Source: Candidatus Falkowbacteria bacterium
GTDB taxonomy: Bacteria > Patescibacteriota > Patescibacteriia > Patescibacteriales > UBA12465
Reading direction: 5' to 3'
Assembly: GCA_037134915.1 (NCBI GenBank)
Contig: JBAXLJ010000005.1
Coordinates: forward strand, 1 to 39,553
Length of the DNA stretch: 39,553 nucleotides
Notes under the pieces: model-generated
Told to the model about the DNA's origin: nothing
The model's database searches: none
Seen by the model: the letters and a program-made list of their open reading frames with translations, nothing else
In this document: positions 26,156 through 35,325 of the stretch, piece after piece
Position numbering within the stretch: the first letter of the stretch is position 1
How the letters are laid out: each line of letters starts with the position of its first letter
Program-made: the position numbers and the translations under genes

Positions 26156-28849
26156 ATGAAAAATCCAGCTTCTTTTTTTAGGAAATTTGGTCTGCCTATT
26201 TTGGCATTTTTGGCCAGTTTTTTGTTATTCAAAATCGCTTTAGCAGCTGGTGATGTTAACGTGGGAATTGCCCCGGTAGATAGCAGTATTATTCTGAGTA
26301 ACAGTTCGCCTATTGTTATTATTGGTCGCATAATTCAAGTACTTCTGGGACTATTATCGGTTATTGCTATTAGTATTGTAATTTATGCCGGTTACTTATG
26401 GATGACTTCCATGGGTAGTGAAGATAAAATTAAGGAGGCGCAAAGATTATTAAAAAATGCGACCATTGGCATTATTATTATTTTGTCAGCTTGGGGGATT
26501 GTTTTATTTGTCTTATCAAAGTTAGTTGGTGTGACCACCGGTAATATTTCCAGTGACCAAACAACTAATAATTTTAAGAATTTAAGTTTAGGAGCTTTGG
26601 GTTCTTGTTCAGTGGAAACTGTTTATCCGCAGCCCGGTAGCAAAGAAGTGGCTCGTAATACTTCTATTTTAATTACTGTTAAAGAGCCTTTGCAGTTGGA
26701 CACAGTTTGTATCAATAAAAATACTAAAGCCGCTTGCGCTTGCGACAATACCTCTAATTGTAATCTAATCAATCCTAAGAATATTCAAATATATAAAACT
26801 TCTGATGGTAATTCTTGCGTTTCCGGCAATTGTTCGACTAATGTTTCGGACGTCGAAGTGTCCGTGCCGACTGGCAATAAAACTTTAGTTTTAAGACCAC
26901 TAAGTTATTTAGGAAATTCCAGTGGTAACGTCGAGTATGGAGTCCATCTAACTAACGATATTAAAAAAAATGGTGGGCAAGCTTTATTTTCTACTTGTTC
27001 TTCAGATTTTTTGGAATGGATTTTTGAAACTAGCAGTAATCTAGATTTAGAACCACCTCAAGTTTTGGCCTCGGGAATCTTTCCTCCAGTAGATAGTGCC
27101 GCTGATACTATTTCTTCTAATTCAGTGGCTAAGGCTGCTCAAGCTCAAATAGTTGTCACCGGCTGTCCGCAAACTTATTTGCCGGCCAGATTAATTAGCG
27201 TCCAGAAAACTGGGAACTCTTCTGATGCAGCCGTGACAGTTGATCCTAATTATTCTGGGGCGATTACTAATTTTACCATCGACTTGTCGGAAAGCGTCAA
27301 TAAGATGCGTTTATTTAGTGGTAGTAATTTATTAGGAGCCAGTGATGTAGTTAATAATCAGGCGACTTTTACTGGTTACTTTACGGTTAGCATTACTAAA
27401 GCGACCCAAGGTGATTCTTGGAATGTGGTTGTTAGCCCAGCTCAAGCAGCTGAAAATTTAAGCGTCGGCTCTAATTCCTATATTTTTGTCAGTACAAAAA
27501 CTAATAGTGGTAATGAAATTTTAGTTCCTAGTTCTTGCTCTCCGGCGGAAATGGCGGCCAACATCTCTATTGCCTTAAGCGGTAATAGTGATGTGGTTAC
27601 TACTGCTTCTGGTGGAACCCTAACGCTCTTTGCTAAGACAGCTGGGGTGGCGGGAAATAGCCTAACCCTGTCATCTAATGGGCAAGGTTTGTTTTTACAA
27701 AAGTTTGCTGGTGGAGCGGAGAAATCCGATACTTATACAATTGTAGGGCTTCAGGATAAACCGATGAATTCAATTATTCAAGTTAACTTTAATGAGGCGG
27801 TTAACCCCATGACTTTATCTGGTTCGGCCGATGAGGTTAAATCTTATATTCAGCTGGTTAATGCTAATAAGGTAGCGAGAACAAGTGGTCAGGCTTGTAG
27901 CTTGAATAGTGACTGCCTATCATATAACTGCCAAGCCTCGGCTTGCGTGGGTAATTATGTTGGCGGAAAATTTGTACTCAGTAATGTTTATAAAACTTTG
28001 GAATTTATCTCTGATAAGGAATGTGGCGTTAATAGTTGTGGGGAAATTATGTATTGTTTGCCGGCCAGCAGCCATTTATCACTTAAAATAAATGCGGCAA
28101 CTTTAAAGGCTTGCAGCACTTCTTCTGATTGTCAGGCTTTTGCGCCTTATTCAACCTGTACTTCTGGCATTTGTCGCGACACCGCTAATAATGTTAATTA
28201 TCCGATGGCGGACACTTTAAATTTAAATGGCGTCGTTGATCTAGCTTTTAATTCTTTGGACGGTAATCGTGATAAGAAGGCCGATGGTCCAGTTCTAACT
28301 GTTTATCCTTATTTTGTGGAGGGAGAAGCTAATTTAGACAAACGGGATGGTTTTGAATTTTCATTTTTTATTAGTAATCAAATCAATTCAACCCCACCAA
28401 CCATTTCTTTAACTTCACCTCGGCTTTTAGAAACTGGAGTTAGAGTTACTAATCCGGTAGTGATTGATTTTAATGATTTGATGATGAATAGCACCTTAAG
28501 GACGGGGAGCGCGGATATTAATAATGGTTTAGTAAACGCCAATCATAAACTGCTTAATTTACGCAGTTCCAGCAATAATCCTTTAGGTTATTGGATTGAA
28601 AGCGACAATAAGGAGCGAGGGGTTCCCAATGGTGAGCCAGATTATACTTCTTCGCGAATTATGCATTCGGATTTTTTTGAATCAGTTACTTATGTTTCAC
28701 AAATCGGTTCGGGTGTAAAAAACATTTATCAAAATTGTTTTAAACCTAGTGTCGGACCAGCTTGTTTAAGTTTAAGCGAATCAAACCCCTCCTGCTGTTT
28801 TGGTTCACCGACTAATGCTTTAGACTCTAACGGTAATTGTGTTAATTAA
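26156..28849 (+). CDS. Large Cys-containing surface protein (897 aa) with an N-terminal T4SS-pilin-like (TrbC/VirB2-type) two-helix module and Ig-like (Big_5/SbsA-like) segments
   Basis: Signal-like N-terminus, then a hydrophobic helix / WMTS-x-G-SE-x-KI / hydrophobic helix hairpin (residues about 55-125). Downstream come VETVYPQPGSKEVARNTSILITVKEPL and IIQVNFNEAVNPMTLSG (Big_5-like) and Cys clusters (CSLNSDCLSYNCQASAC). Confidence 0.85.
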   Translation: MKNPASFFRKFGLPILAFLASFLLFKIALAAGDVNVGIAPVDSSIILSNSSPIVIIGRIIQVLLGLLSVIAISIVIYAGYLWMTSMGSEDKIKEAQRLLKNATIGIIIILSAWGIVLFVLSKLVGVTTGNISSDQTTNNFKNLSLGALGSCSVETVYPQPGSKEVARNTSILITVKEPLQLDTVCINKNTKAACACDNTSNCNLINPKNIQIYKTSDGNSCVSGNCSTNVSDVEVSVPTGNKTLVLRPLSYLGNSSGNVEYGVHLTNDIKKNGGQALFSTCSSDFLEWIFETSSNLDLEPPQVLASGIFPPVDSAADTISSNSVAKAAQAQIVVTGCPQTYLPARLISVQKTGNSSDAAVTVDPNYSGAITNFTIDLSESVNKMRLFSGSNLLGASDVVNNQATFTGYFTVSITKATQGDSWNVVVSPAQAAENLSVGSNSYIFVSTKTNSGNEILVPSSCSPAEMAANISIALSGNSDVVTTASGGTLTLFAKTAGVAGNSLTLSSNGQGLFLQKFAGGAEKSDTYTIVGLQDKPMNSIIQVNFNEAVNPMTLSGSADEVKSYIQLVNANKVARTSGQACSLNSDCLSYNCQASACVGNYVGGKFVLSNVYKTLEFISDKECGVNSCGEIMYCLPASSHLSLKINAATLKACSTSSDCQAFAPYSTCTSGICRDTANNVNYPMADTLNLNGVVDLAFNSLDGNRDKKADGPVLTVYPYFVEGEANLDKRDGFEFSFFISNQINSTPPTISLTSPRLLETGVRVTNPVVIDFNDLMMNSTLRTGSADINNGLVNANHKLLNLRSSSNNPLGYWIESDNKERGVPNGEPDYTSSRIMHSDFFESVTYVSQIGSGVKNIYQNCFKPSVGPACLSLSESNPSCCFGSPTNALDSNGNCVN

Positions 28850-28878
28850 TTTTTTTGACGATAATACCAGATATAAAT

Positions 28879-31800
28879 ATGCTAAGCAAATTTAAACGCC
28901 TAATACTTTTTATTTTAATTTTTGGCACTGTTTTTTTGGTCGCTCAACAATCTTTAGCGGCGACTGTTGATGTCGGAACTGGCGCTGTGGACAGTGCGCT
29001 CGTTTTAAATAATACCAGTCCGTTTACCGTGGTCACTAATATTATTAATTTTTTATTGGGACTTTTAAGTTTATTAGCGCTTTGTTTAATTCTCTGGGGC
29101 GGTTTTATCTGGATGACCTCAAACGGTAGTGAAGAAAAGATTGAAACCGCTAAGAAAATTTTAAAAAACGGTGCCATTGGGTTGATTATTATTTTATCAG
29201 CTTGGGGCATCGCTTTCTTTATTTTAAGTAAATTAGTCGGTGTCACGGGCGGGATTGATAATGGTCTAGGGTCTTGCACTAGTGGATCGGTCACTTCTTG
29301 TGGTTGCGGCGGCGCTCAAACTTGTAATGGCGGCAGCTGGGGCCCATGTCTTAATTCTAGTTGTTTAATTGATAATAAAACTAGCTGCGATGGTAATCTA
29401 TCTCTAGCTTCTTGCCAGGCTGACAATAGCTTGTGTGGTGCGGATTATTTATGTGGCCCAGATTGTCTGTGTACACCAAAAGCTGGTTTAGGGGATTCCT
29501 GTAATGCAGATGCTAGTGGTAGTACTTGTAAGGCTGATGATAATCTATGCGGGCCTTATTTAAAATGTGATTCCAGTAGTTGCATCTGTGTTGGTCCGCC
29601 AGTAATTACTGGCGTTAGTCCAGCTGGTGGTTTTTGTGCTAACGATCAAAATCGCGGTTGTAATTTGGATACTGATTGTTTGGGAGGGGCTAAATGTGAC
29701 GTTAATACTCCAAATGGAACCACTAATAATTTTATTACAATTTATGGTTATAATTTTGGCACAACTTCTCAGTTGGCCGAAAATATTTTAGTTAAAAATG
29801 ATTTTGAACAGAGTGCCTTGGGTTCGATTCCGGCTAACTGGACGGCAGTAACCCAAAAACATTCTAGTGTAGGAATTTCGGGTACCGATTTTAAGTCAGG
29901 AAAACAGAGTATTAAATTACACCAGGATGCTAATTTGAGTTATCCAGGAACCTGCAGCAAAATAACCTGTCAGGACTTAAGTACTTGTACTTGGAGTGCG
30001 GCTGATGGCACCTGTCATTTTACGGGCAGTGATGCTGCTCACTTAAGCGGGCCGGCGGTTTATCGTCAAGGGGAATCTCTAGTTGGGGTTAATTCTTATA
30101 ATGTGATGCTGGCCGATTTAAAATATAATTTTGCCCCTCTGAATTTAGTAGTCGGTGAGACTTATTCAGTTAGCTTTTATTACAAGGGTAACTCAGCTTC
30201 GGATATTTCTGTTTCAGCTGGGCCGTTGAATATGACCTCAATTCCTGGGGGCGTAACTAACGATTGGACTCTTTATTCTTATAGTTTTCAATACACTCCA
30301 GAAATGGATAATTGGCTCGATAGTCTTGGTAATAAGACTAGAGAGATTAGTTTTTTAGCTGACTACAATACGACCGGTAAGGGGACCGATTTGTATGTGG
30401 ATGATTTTTCTCTAGTTAAATTAAGTAATAATGGTCAGGTTACTTTTTTGGGTAATGGAGTTGGCCAAGGGCAACCAGCTAATAATCCTAGTTTGTTAAA
30501 TCCCAGCTGCATTAACTCATGGACGGATCGCCAGATTATTATTGCTGTGCCTAGTGGAGCGCTTACTGGCCCCATTGAGGTTCAGCGTGAAGGTAATTTC
30601 GCGAACAACATCGATAAAACAAATGATGCGGTGGGGCCCAAAATTCCTGATTTTATAAAAAATAGTATTTCTCGTCCGGGTCTATGTCTAATTAATCCGG
30701 TGCAAGGATTACTAGGATCAAAGGTGGTTTATCAGGGTATAAATTTAAAAAATAGCACTGCTTATTTTGGAGCTTATTCTAATGCTTTTGCCGGAATTAA
30801 TTCTAATTTCTTAAGTGATAATTTATCTGGTCAAACTTTGGCGCCCAGTATTGCTGCTGGACTCACAACCACCTTTGTGGAGCAGAGCTTGCTTGGGATT
30901 AATCAAAAGAGTAATGCCCTTAACTTTACTAAACAGCAAGATCCGGCCGCTGGTCCTTATATTTCTTCTTTTTATCCGGTAACTGGTCAGGCTGGTCAAT
31001 ATGTCACTATTTCTGGCAATGGCTTCGGTAATATGAGGGGTAGCCGCCAGGTATTTTTTGGTGACAAAGAAGCCTCTTACACTTTTCCTGAAGTTTGTGC
31101 TAACTCCGTTTGGAATAATAATCAAATTGTGGTTAAGGTTCCAGAAGGTTTAACTTTAGGTAGTTACAGTCTTAAAATAGATTTGGGCGATAATTTAATT
31201 ATTAATACCGATTTACTTAGCCCCAATAACACTTTTAAATTTAATCCGGCCGAGTCTCTAAAGACTAGTCTGTGTAAAATTGATCCGATTCGTGGACAAA
31301 TTGGGGATAAAGTTTCTTTATGGGGTGAATATTTTGGCAATACGGGGACTGACATTTTAACTGTCTTTAGCCGTGGTGTTAGCACCTCTTCTAAAATTAT
31401 TAAAGATGGCTTAGCTGACAGAGTTGATACCGTGGTCCCGATTGATACCAGTAAAACGCCAGCAGTACCGGCCATTACTGGTCCGGTTCACGTTATGAAA
31501 AATGGTGAGTGGGGCAATGAACTTAACTTTGTGGTTGGTAAATGTGCCAGTAACAGTGAATGTGGCGCCTCTAGTCCAGTTTGTTGTACGGATAATACTT
31601 ATAAATCTGGTTCTTGTGCCGCCTCTCTCTTGTCCTGTTATTTTGATGTTCCTAATTCGGTTTATGAAACTAAATTTAATACTTCCTTAACTAGCACCAC
31701 TACCGGTCAATTCGATAGTTGTATCGGTATGGCGGCTTTTTTCGGCGCTTGTCAGACTGGTCAATTCTGTCCTAATTCACCAGGTAAGTGTTCGCCTTTT

Positions 31801-34800
31801 AGTCCGACTAAACCAGAGATATCTGGTGATTGTGGTGGAGCGACTTCAGAGTGCGGGGCTCTCGATTATTGTAATAGCAATGTCGGCGCTTGTACTTATA
31901 ACAAAACTAGCGATGCTTGTGAGACTAAAACCTGTCAATTGGAAAATAATTTAGAGTATGTTTTGAGCGGGGCTACTACTAAGTATACGGGAACTCTCAG
32001 TTGTCGAGCTTATAATAATAAAGTAACGGGTAAAACTACTTTTGTTAAGGAACTAAAGGTAAATACTTCCTGTCCTAGCGGTTGGGTGGCGGCCGATAGC
32101 GGATATTGTGTTAATACAACTCCAGTTGCTTGTGAGCCTTGCCCAGCCAATTTTAAATGTACTGATAATGGCGCTGGTAACGATTTAGGTATTTGCCAGT
32201 CTAGTAAAATTTGTGAGCTAGGCGCTTCTTGTGGCGTTAATCCAGATATTCCTTCTAAATTTTCTTGCCTTAAGGCCGAACAAAAAAAGTGCGATTGCTG
32301 TTGTGAAATTGGTCAGGATGCCAGAGATTGCTGTGCTCCTCTAAAATGCGGCGGCACTTGTGGCAGTGACACCACTAATGATGGCGTTGGCTTAGGTCTT
32401 TGCTCGGGTTGTGCTGGCGTAGGAACAACAGCCACAGAACACGATGCCGCTTGTAACTGTAGCACCGCCAGTGGCAAGTATTGTCAAATTGATGCTAAAA
32501 ATCCTGGCGGGGCTTGTGTTGATTGCGCTTCTTTAGATGCTGCCGGTTGTTCTTTGCACTCGCAACAGTGCTGTTTTGATGCCGCTAGAAATACTTGTCA
32601 GGGTGGTGATGGGACGATTCTTCCCGGAGGTAAATGCGCTTACTATGACTGCGACGCCTCTGACAAAACTAAATGCAATAATAATGCCACTACTACTGGT
32701 CAATTTTTAGCTACTTCAACTTGTGCTACCACCTGCGCCAGTAATCCTTTATCGGTTTGCGATTTAGCGGGCGCGGATTCTACAAAGTGTTCGACTTATG
32801 GTTCTTGTTGTTTTGATTTTAAGAATAATAAATGCACAGACGGCTTAGATAAAATTAGTTCGGGCGGAATAAATTATTGTACTTATTATAACTGTGATAC
32901 GACTAATAAAATTTGTGATATCGGCTCGGCTAGTACCACTGGAAAATATTTAGGTGTACCAAATTGCCAAATCGGTTGTTCTTCGATTATAACCTCTCCA
33001 GGATCTACTTGTGCTTCAGCTAATATCAATACTTGTAATACTAGTTTTTGTGGTAATCCTTATTCATGTCGAACTGATGCTGGTGCGCCGCCAAGTATTG
33101 GTGATTGCGGGGTTTGCTGCTGTAATCCCCAAGACGCTAATGCTTGCTCTGATACTGACGGTTTAAAATGCTTACCTAACAAATCGCCTTGTGGCGGGGA
33201 TAAGCGAGGCTTGTGTTGCGGTTGTAAATCAGACAGTCAATGCGGCAATAGTGCTAGTCAGGGTTGCGGTGGTGACACTTGCTGTCATGGTCGCCCTAAC
33301 GTAATTAGCACGTCTCCAATTAATGGCCAGGATAAAGTATGTCGCAATAGCCAGATCGTCGTTAACTTTGACACGGTAATGGATAAAGCTACTTTAGCCA
33401 CTAATATTTTATTAGTGGAAGAAAAAGAATACGGCAAAGATACTTGCCAAAATGGAACCACTCTTTCTTTTAGTAATGTCAAACCTAAATCGCTTAATAT
33501 TTTTGTGAGATTGTACCAAAATGTGACCAGTAGTTTTAGACATATTCTAGGAATTAGTGATTATCGAGCCATTGCTGCTAACCCCTCTCCTGATAAATTA
33601 TATTGTGTCACCCCCATCGCGATTGACTCTCAGCCGGCTTTTACTCCGACCGGGGCCTCTTCAACCGTAGTTTATATCCAACCGTTAAAAGTTCTAAGTG
33701 CACTTACTAACTACTTCGTAGTAGTTAAAGGTGACGAAAATTTGGATAGCAATTCAGGTGTAATGAGCGCGGATAAAATTGGTTTAAATGGTAGTGGATC
33801 AAGCCCGATTGCTAATGCCGCCTTCAATCAAGTAGTTTTCAAAAATTCTTATACTTTTGGATTTACGACGATGGATAATAATAGCGGTAAAAATGGCTTA
33901 TGTACTATCAGCGATGTTGTAGTTAATCCTAGCTCATTCTTAATTAATGTCGCCGACAACGATCCTAGTGATGACAATCCTGGCACTCAATCTTTTGATA
34001 CTAAAAATGATAACGATCGCGCGTTAATGGCTTTAGCCTATAGCGTTGACAATCAATTACTACAACCAGTTACTGGGTATTACTGGAATTTCGATTGGAA
34101 GATTGCTGATGCAACCGTGGCTAAAAATCTAAATACCGTTGGGCTTAAAGCTAATCAAATAGTGATAGCGGCCATGACAGGGGTAGTTGATAAGAGTACG
34201 CAGATCAGTGCGACGGTTAACATGACTAATTTTAGTAGCGCCGGTGGCTGCGTCGCAAGTAATTGTTCCTGTAGTGGAGTCAATTGTTCTAATAAATGTT
34301 GTAATGCTACTTTAGATGGAGACGGCACCATGGGCGATTCGACTCTTTATGTTTTCCTGTGCGCCAATCCTTGGCCGATGGAAAAAAATGGAATTTGGAC
34401 TCCTTGGGCTGATAAGTGTACTAATGCCGCCGGTGGTCAGATTCCTCAATGTGTTAATTATAATTATAAATTTTATTACTGTCGTGATGCTGGTGATCCG
34501 GGTACTTTTGATGATCTGCCAGCCGTGGTGGATCCCGCTCTAATATTAGGTTCATCTAATTTAGTTTGTAGCACCGATGGCACTTCATGCGCTGTCTCTG
34601 GGGCAGCTTGTGGCACGGGTGGTACTTGTATTTGGGATGTTCTTAAAGAGTCATATTTCTTCAGAGAAGCAATTCCTCAGGCCGGAGAAATAACCCAGAT
34701 TACTAGTACTGGTGTTGGCGGACAAGTAGTTTTAAGCTGGTATTCACCAATTAGCACTTCGACCACAGTGACCGCCTTTAAAATCTATTATGGCTTAACT

Positions 34801-35298
34801 TCGGGGTCAGCTAGTTCTTATGTCACCTCTTTGACTCTTCAGGAAGCTTCTTGTAACGCTTCACAAGGGAAAAATTATTGTTCTTATAAAGTTAATAATT
34901 TAATTGACGGCCAAAATTATTATTTTAAAGTTTCTTCAGTGTCTGATAAAAAAGCAGAAAGCCCATTAACGGGCAGTAAGGAAGTTATTCCCACTGACAC
35001 CACTGCACCAGCTGCTCCGACCGGTCTTACAGCCCAAGTTTTAAATGGTCAAATATTAATTACTTGGCAGGCTAATACTGATGACGCACTTTTTTATAGA
35101 TTATTCCACGGACTTTTTAGTGGCAAGATAGCTGATTCGGTCGATTCCCCTAATGGAGTTACCAGTCTACAGTTTGATCAGAGTCTTTATCGCGCCGGAG
35201 ACCACTTCTTCTATTTATCAGCGGTTGATAAAAGCGGTAATGTTAGTCCGATGTCTAGTGAGGTTAAATTGACCGTACCAGTTGTTAGTGCTCAATAA
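28879..35298 (+). CDS. Giant Cys-rich surface protein (about 2139 aa). Order: T4SS-pilin-like N-terminal module, Cys-knot-like repeats, IPT/TIG-like domains, CBM-like jelly-roll, dense Cys-rich core, Big_5-like domain, two C-terminal FN3 domains
   Basis: ATG 28879 is preferred over the track's TTG 28855. The N-terminus is paralogous to 26156..26542. IPT-like: PPVITGVSP...ITIYGYNFG, PYISSFYPVTGQAGQYVTISGNGFG and LCKIDPIRGQIGDKVSLWGEYFG. CBM-like: NDFEQSALGSIPANWTA...LYVDDFSLVK. FN3-like: APAAPTGLTAQVLNGQILITWQAN. Confidence 0.88.
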   Translation: MLSKFKRLILFILIFGTVFLVAQQSLAATVDVGTGAVDSALVLNNTSPFTVVTNIINFLLGLLSLLALCLILWGGFIWMTSNGSEEKIETAKKILKNGAIGLIIILSAWGIAFFILSKLVGVTGGIDNGLGSCTSGSVTSCGCGGAQTCNGGSWGPCLNSSCLIDNKTSCDGNLSLASCQADNSLCGADYLCGPDCLCTPKAGLGDSCNADASGSTCKADDNLCGPYLKCDSSSCICVGPPVITGVSPAGGFCANDQNRGCNLDTDCLGGAKCDVNTPNGTTNNFITIYGYNFGTTSQLAENILVKNDFEQSALGSIPANWTAVTQKHSSVGISGTDFKSGKQSIKLHQDANLSYPGTCSKITCQDLSTCTWSAADGTCHFTGSDAAHLSGPAVYRQGESLVGVNSYNVMLADLKYNFAPLNLVVGETYSVSFYYKGNSASDISVSAGPLNMTSIPGGVTNDWTLYSYSFQYTPEMDNWLDSLGNKTREISFLADYNTTGKGTDLYVDDFSLVKLSNNGQVTFLGNGVGQGQPANNPSLLNPSCINSWTDRQIIIAVPSGALTGPIEVQREGNFANNIDKTNDAVGPKIPDFIKNSISRPGLCLINPVQGLLGSKVVYQGINLKNSTAYFGAYSNAFAGINSNFLSDNLSGQTLAPSIAAGLTTTFVEQSLLGINQKSNALNFTKQQDPAAGPYISSFYPVTGQAGQYVTISGNGFGNMRGSRQVFFGDKEASYTFPEVCANSVWNNNQIVVKVPEGLTLGSYSLKIDLGDNLIINTDLLSPNNTFKFNPAESLKTSLCKIDPIRGQIGDKVSLWGEYFGNTGTDILTVFSRGVSTSSKIIKDGLADRVDTVVPIDTSKTPAVPAITGPVHVMKNGEWGNELNFVVGKCASNSECGASSPVCCTDNTYKSGSCAASLLSCYFDVPNSVYETKFNTSLTSTTTGQFDSCIGMAAFFGACQTGQFCPNSPGKCSPFSPTKPEISGDCGGATSECGALDYCNSNVGACTYNKTSDACETKTCQLENNLEYVLSGATTKYTGTLSCRAYNNKVTGKTTFVKELKVNTSCPSGWVAADSGYCVNTTPVACEPCPANFKCTDNGAGNDLGICQSSKICELGASCGVNPDIPSKFSCLKAEQKKCDCCCEIGQDARDCCAPLKCGGTCGSDTTNDGVGLGLCSGCAGVGTTATEHDAACNCSTASGKYCQIDAKNPGGACVDCASLDAAGCSLHSQQCCFDAARNTCQGGDGTILPGGKCAYYDCDASDKTKCNNNATTTGQFLATSTCATTCASNPLSVCDLAGADSTKCSTYGSCCFDFKNNKCTDGLDKISSGGINYCTYYNCDTTNKICDIGSASTTGKYLGVPNCQIGCSSIITSPGSTCASANINTCNTSFCGNPYSCRTDAGAPPSIGDCGVCCCNPQDANACSDTDGLKCLPNKSPCGGDKRGLCCGCKSDSQCGNSASQGCGGDTCCHGRPNVISTSPINGQDKVCRNSQIVVNFDTVMDKATLATNILLVEEKEYGKDTCQNGTTLSFSNVKPKSLNIFVRLYQNVTSSFRHILGISDYRAIAANPSPDKLYCVTPIAIDSQPAFTPTGASSTVVYIQPLKVLSALTNYFVVVKGDENLDSNSGVMSADKIGLNGSGSSPIANAAFNQVVFKNSYTFGFTTMDNNSGKNGLCTISDVVVNPSSFLINVADNDPSDDNPGTQSFDTKNDNDRALMALAYSVDNQLLQPVTGYYWNFDWKIADATVAKNLNTVGLKANQIVIAAMTGVVDKSTQISATVNMTNFSSAGGCVASNCSCSGVNCSNKCCNATLDGDGTMGDSTLYVFLCANPWPMEKNGIWTPWADKCTNAAGGQIPQCVNYNYKFYYCRDAGDPGTFDDLPAVVDPALILGSSNLVCSTDGTSCAVSGAACGTGGTCIWDVLKESYFFREAIPQAGEITQITSTGVGGQVVLSWYSPISTSTTVTAFKIYYGLTSGSASSYVTSLTLQEASCNASQGKNYCSYKVNNLIDGQNYYFKVSSVSDKKAESPLTGSKEVIPTDTTAPAAPTGLTAQVLNGQILITWQANTDDALFYRLFHGLFSGKIADSVDSPNGVTSLQFDQSLYRAGDHFFYLSAVDKSGNVSPMSSEVKLTVPVVSAQ

Positions 35299-35325
35299 TT
35301 TTTTTGTTTTTAAAATATAAAAACT

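Noticed and set aside
26156-29253. Calling the locus a conjugative/T4SS mobile element because of the pilin-like modules
   Set aside because: The window contains no VirB4/VirD4 ATPase, relaxase, integrase or flanking direct repeats. The pilin-like segment is fused to adhesin-like ectodomains, so only a fold resemblance is claimed.
3124-31475. Antisense or off-frame ORFs inside long genes, e.g. 3124..3465, 5570..5830, 6173..6361, 7242..7439, 14374..14776, 16568..16777, 22529..22959, 28944..29294, 30823..31125 and 31164..31475
   Set aside because: Each lies wholly inside a gene with strong homology or structural support on the opposite strand or in another frame. None has start or stop context or motifs of its own.
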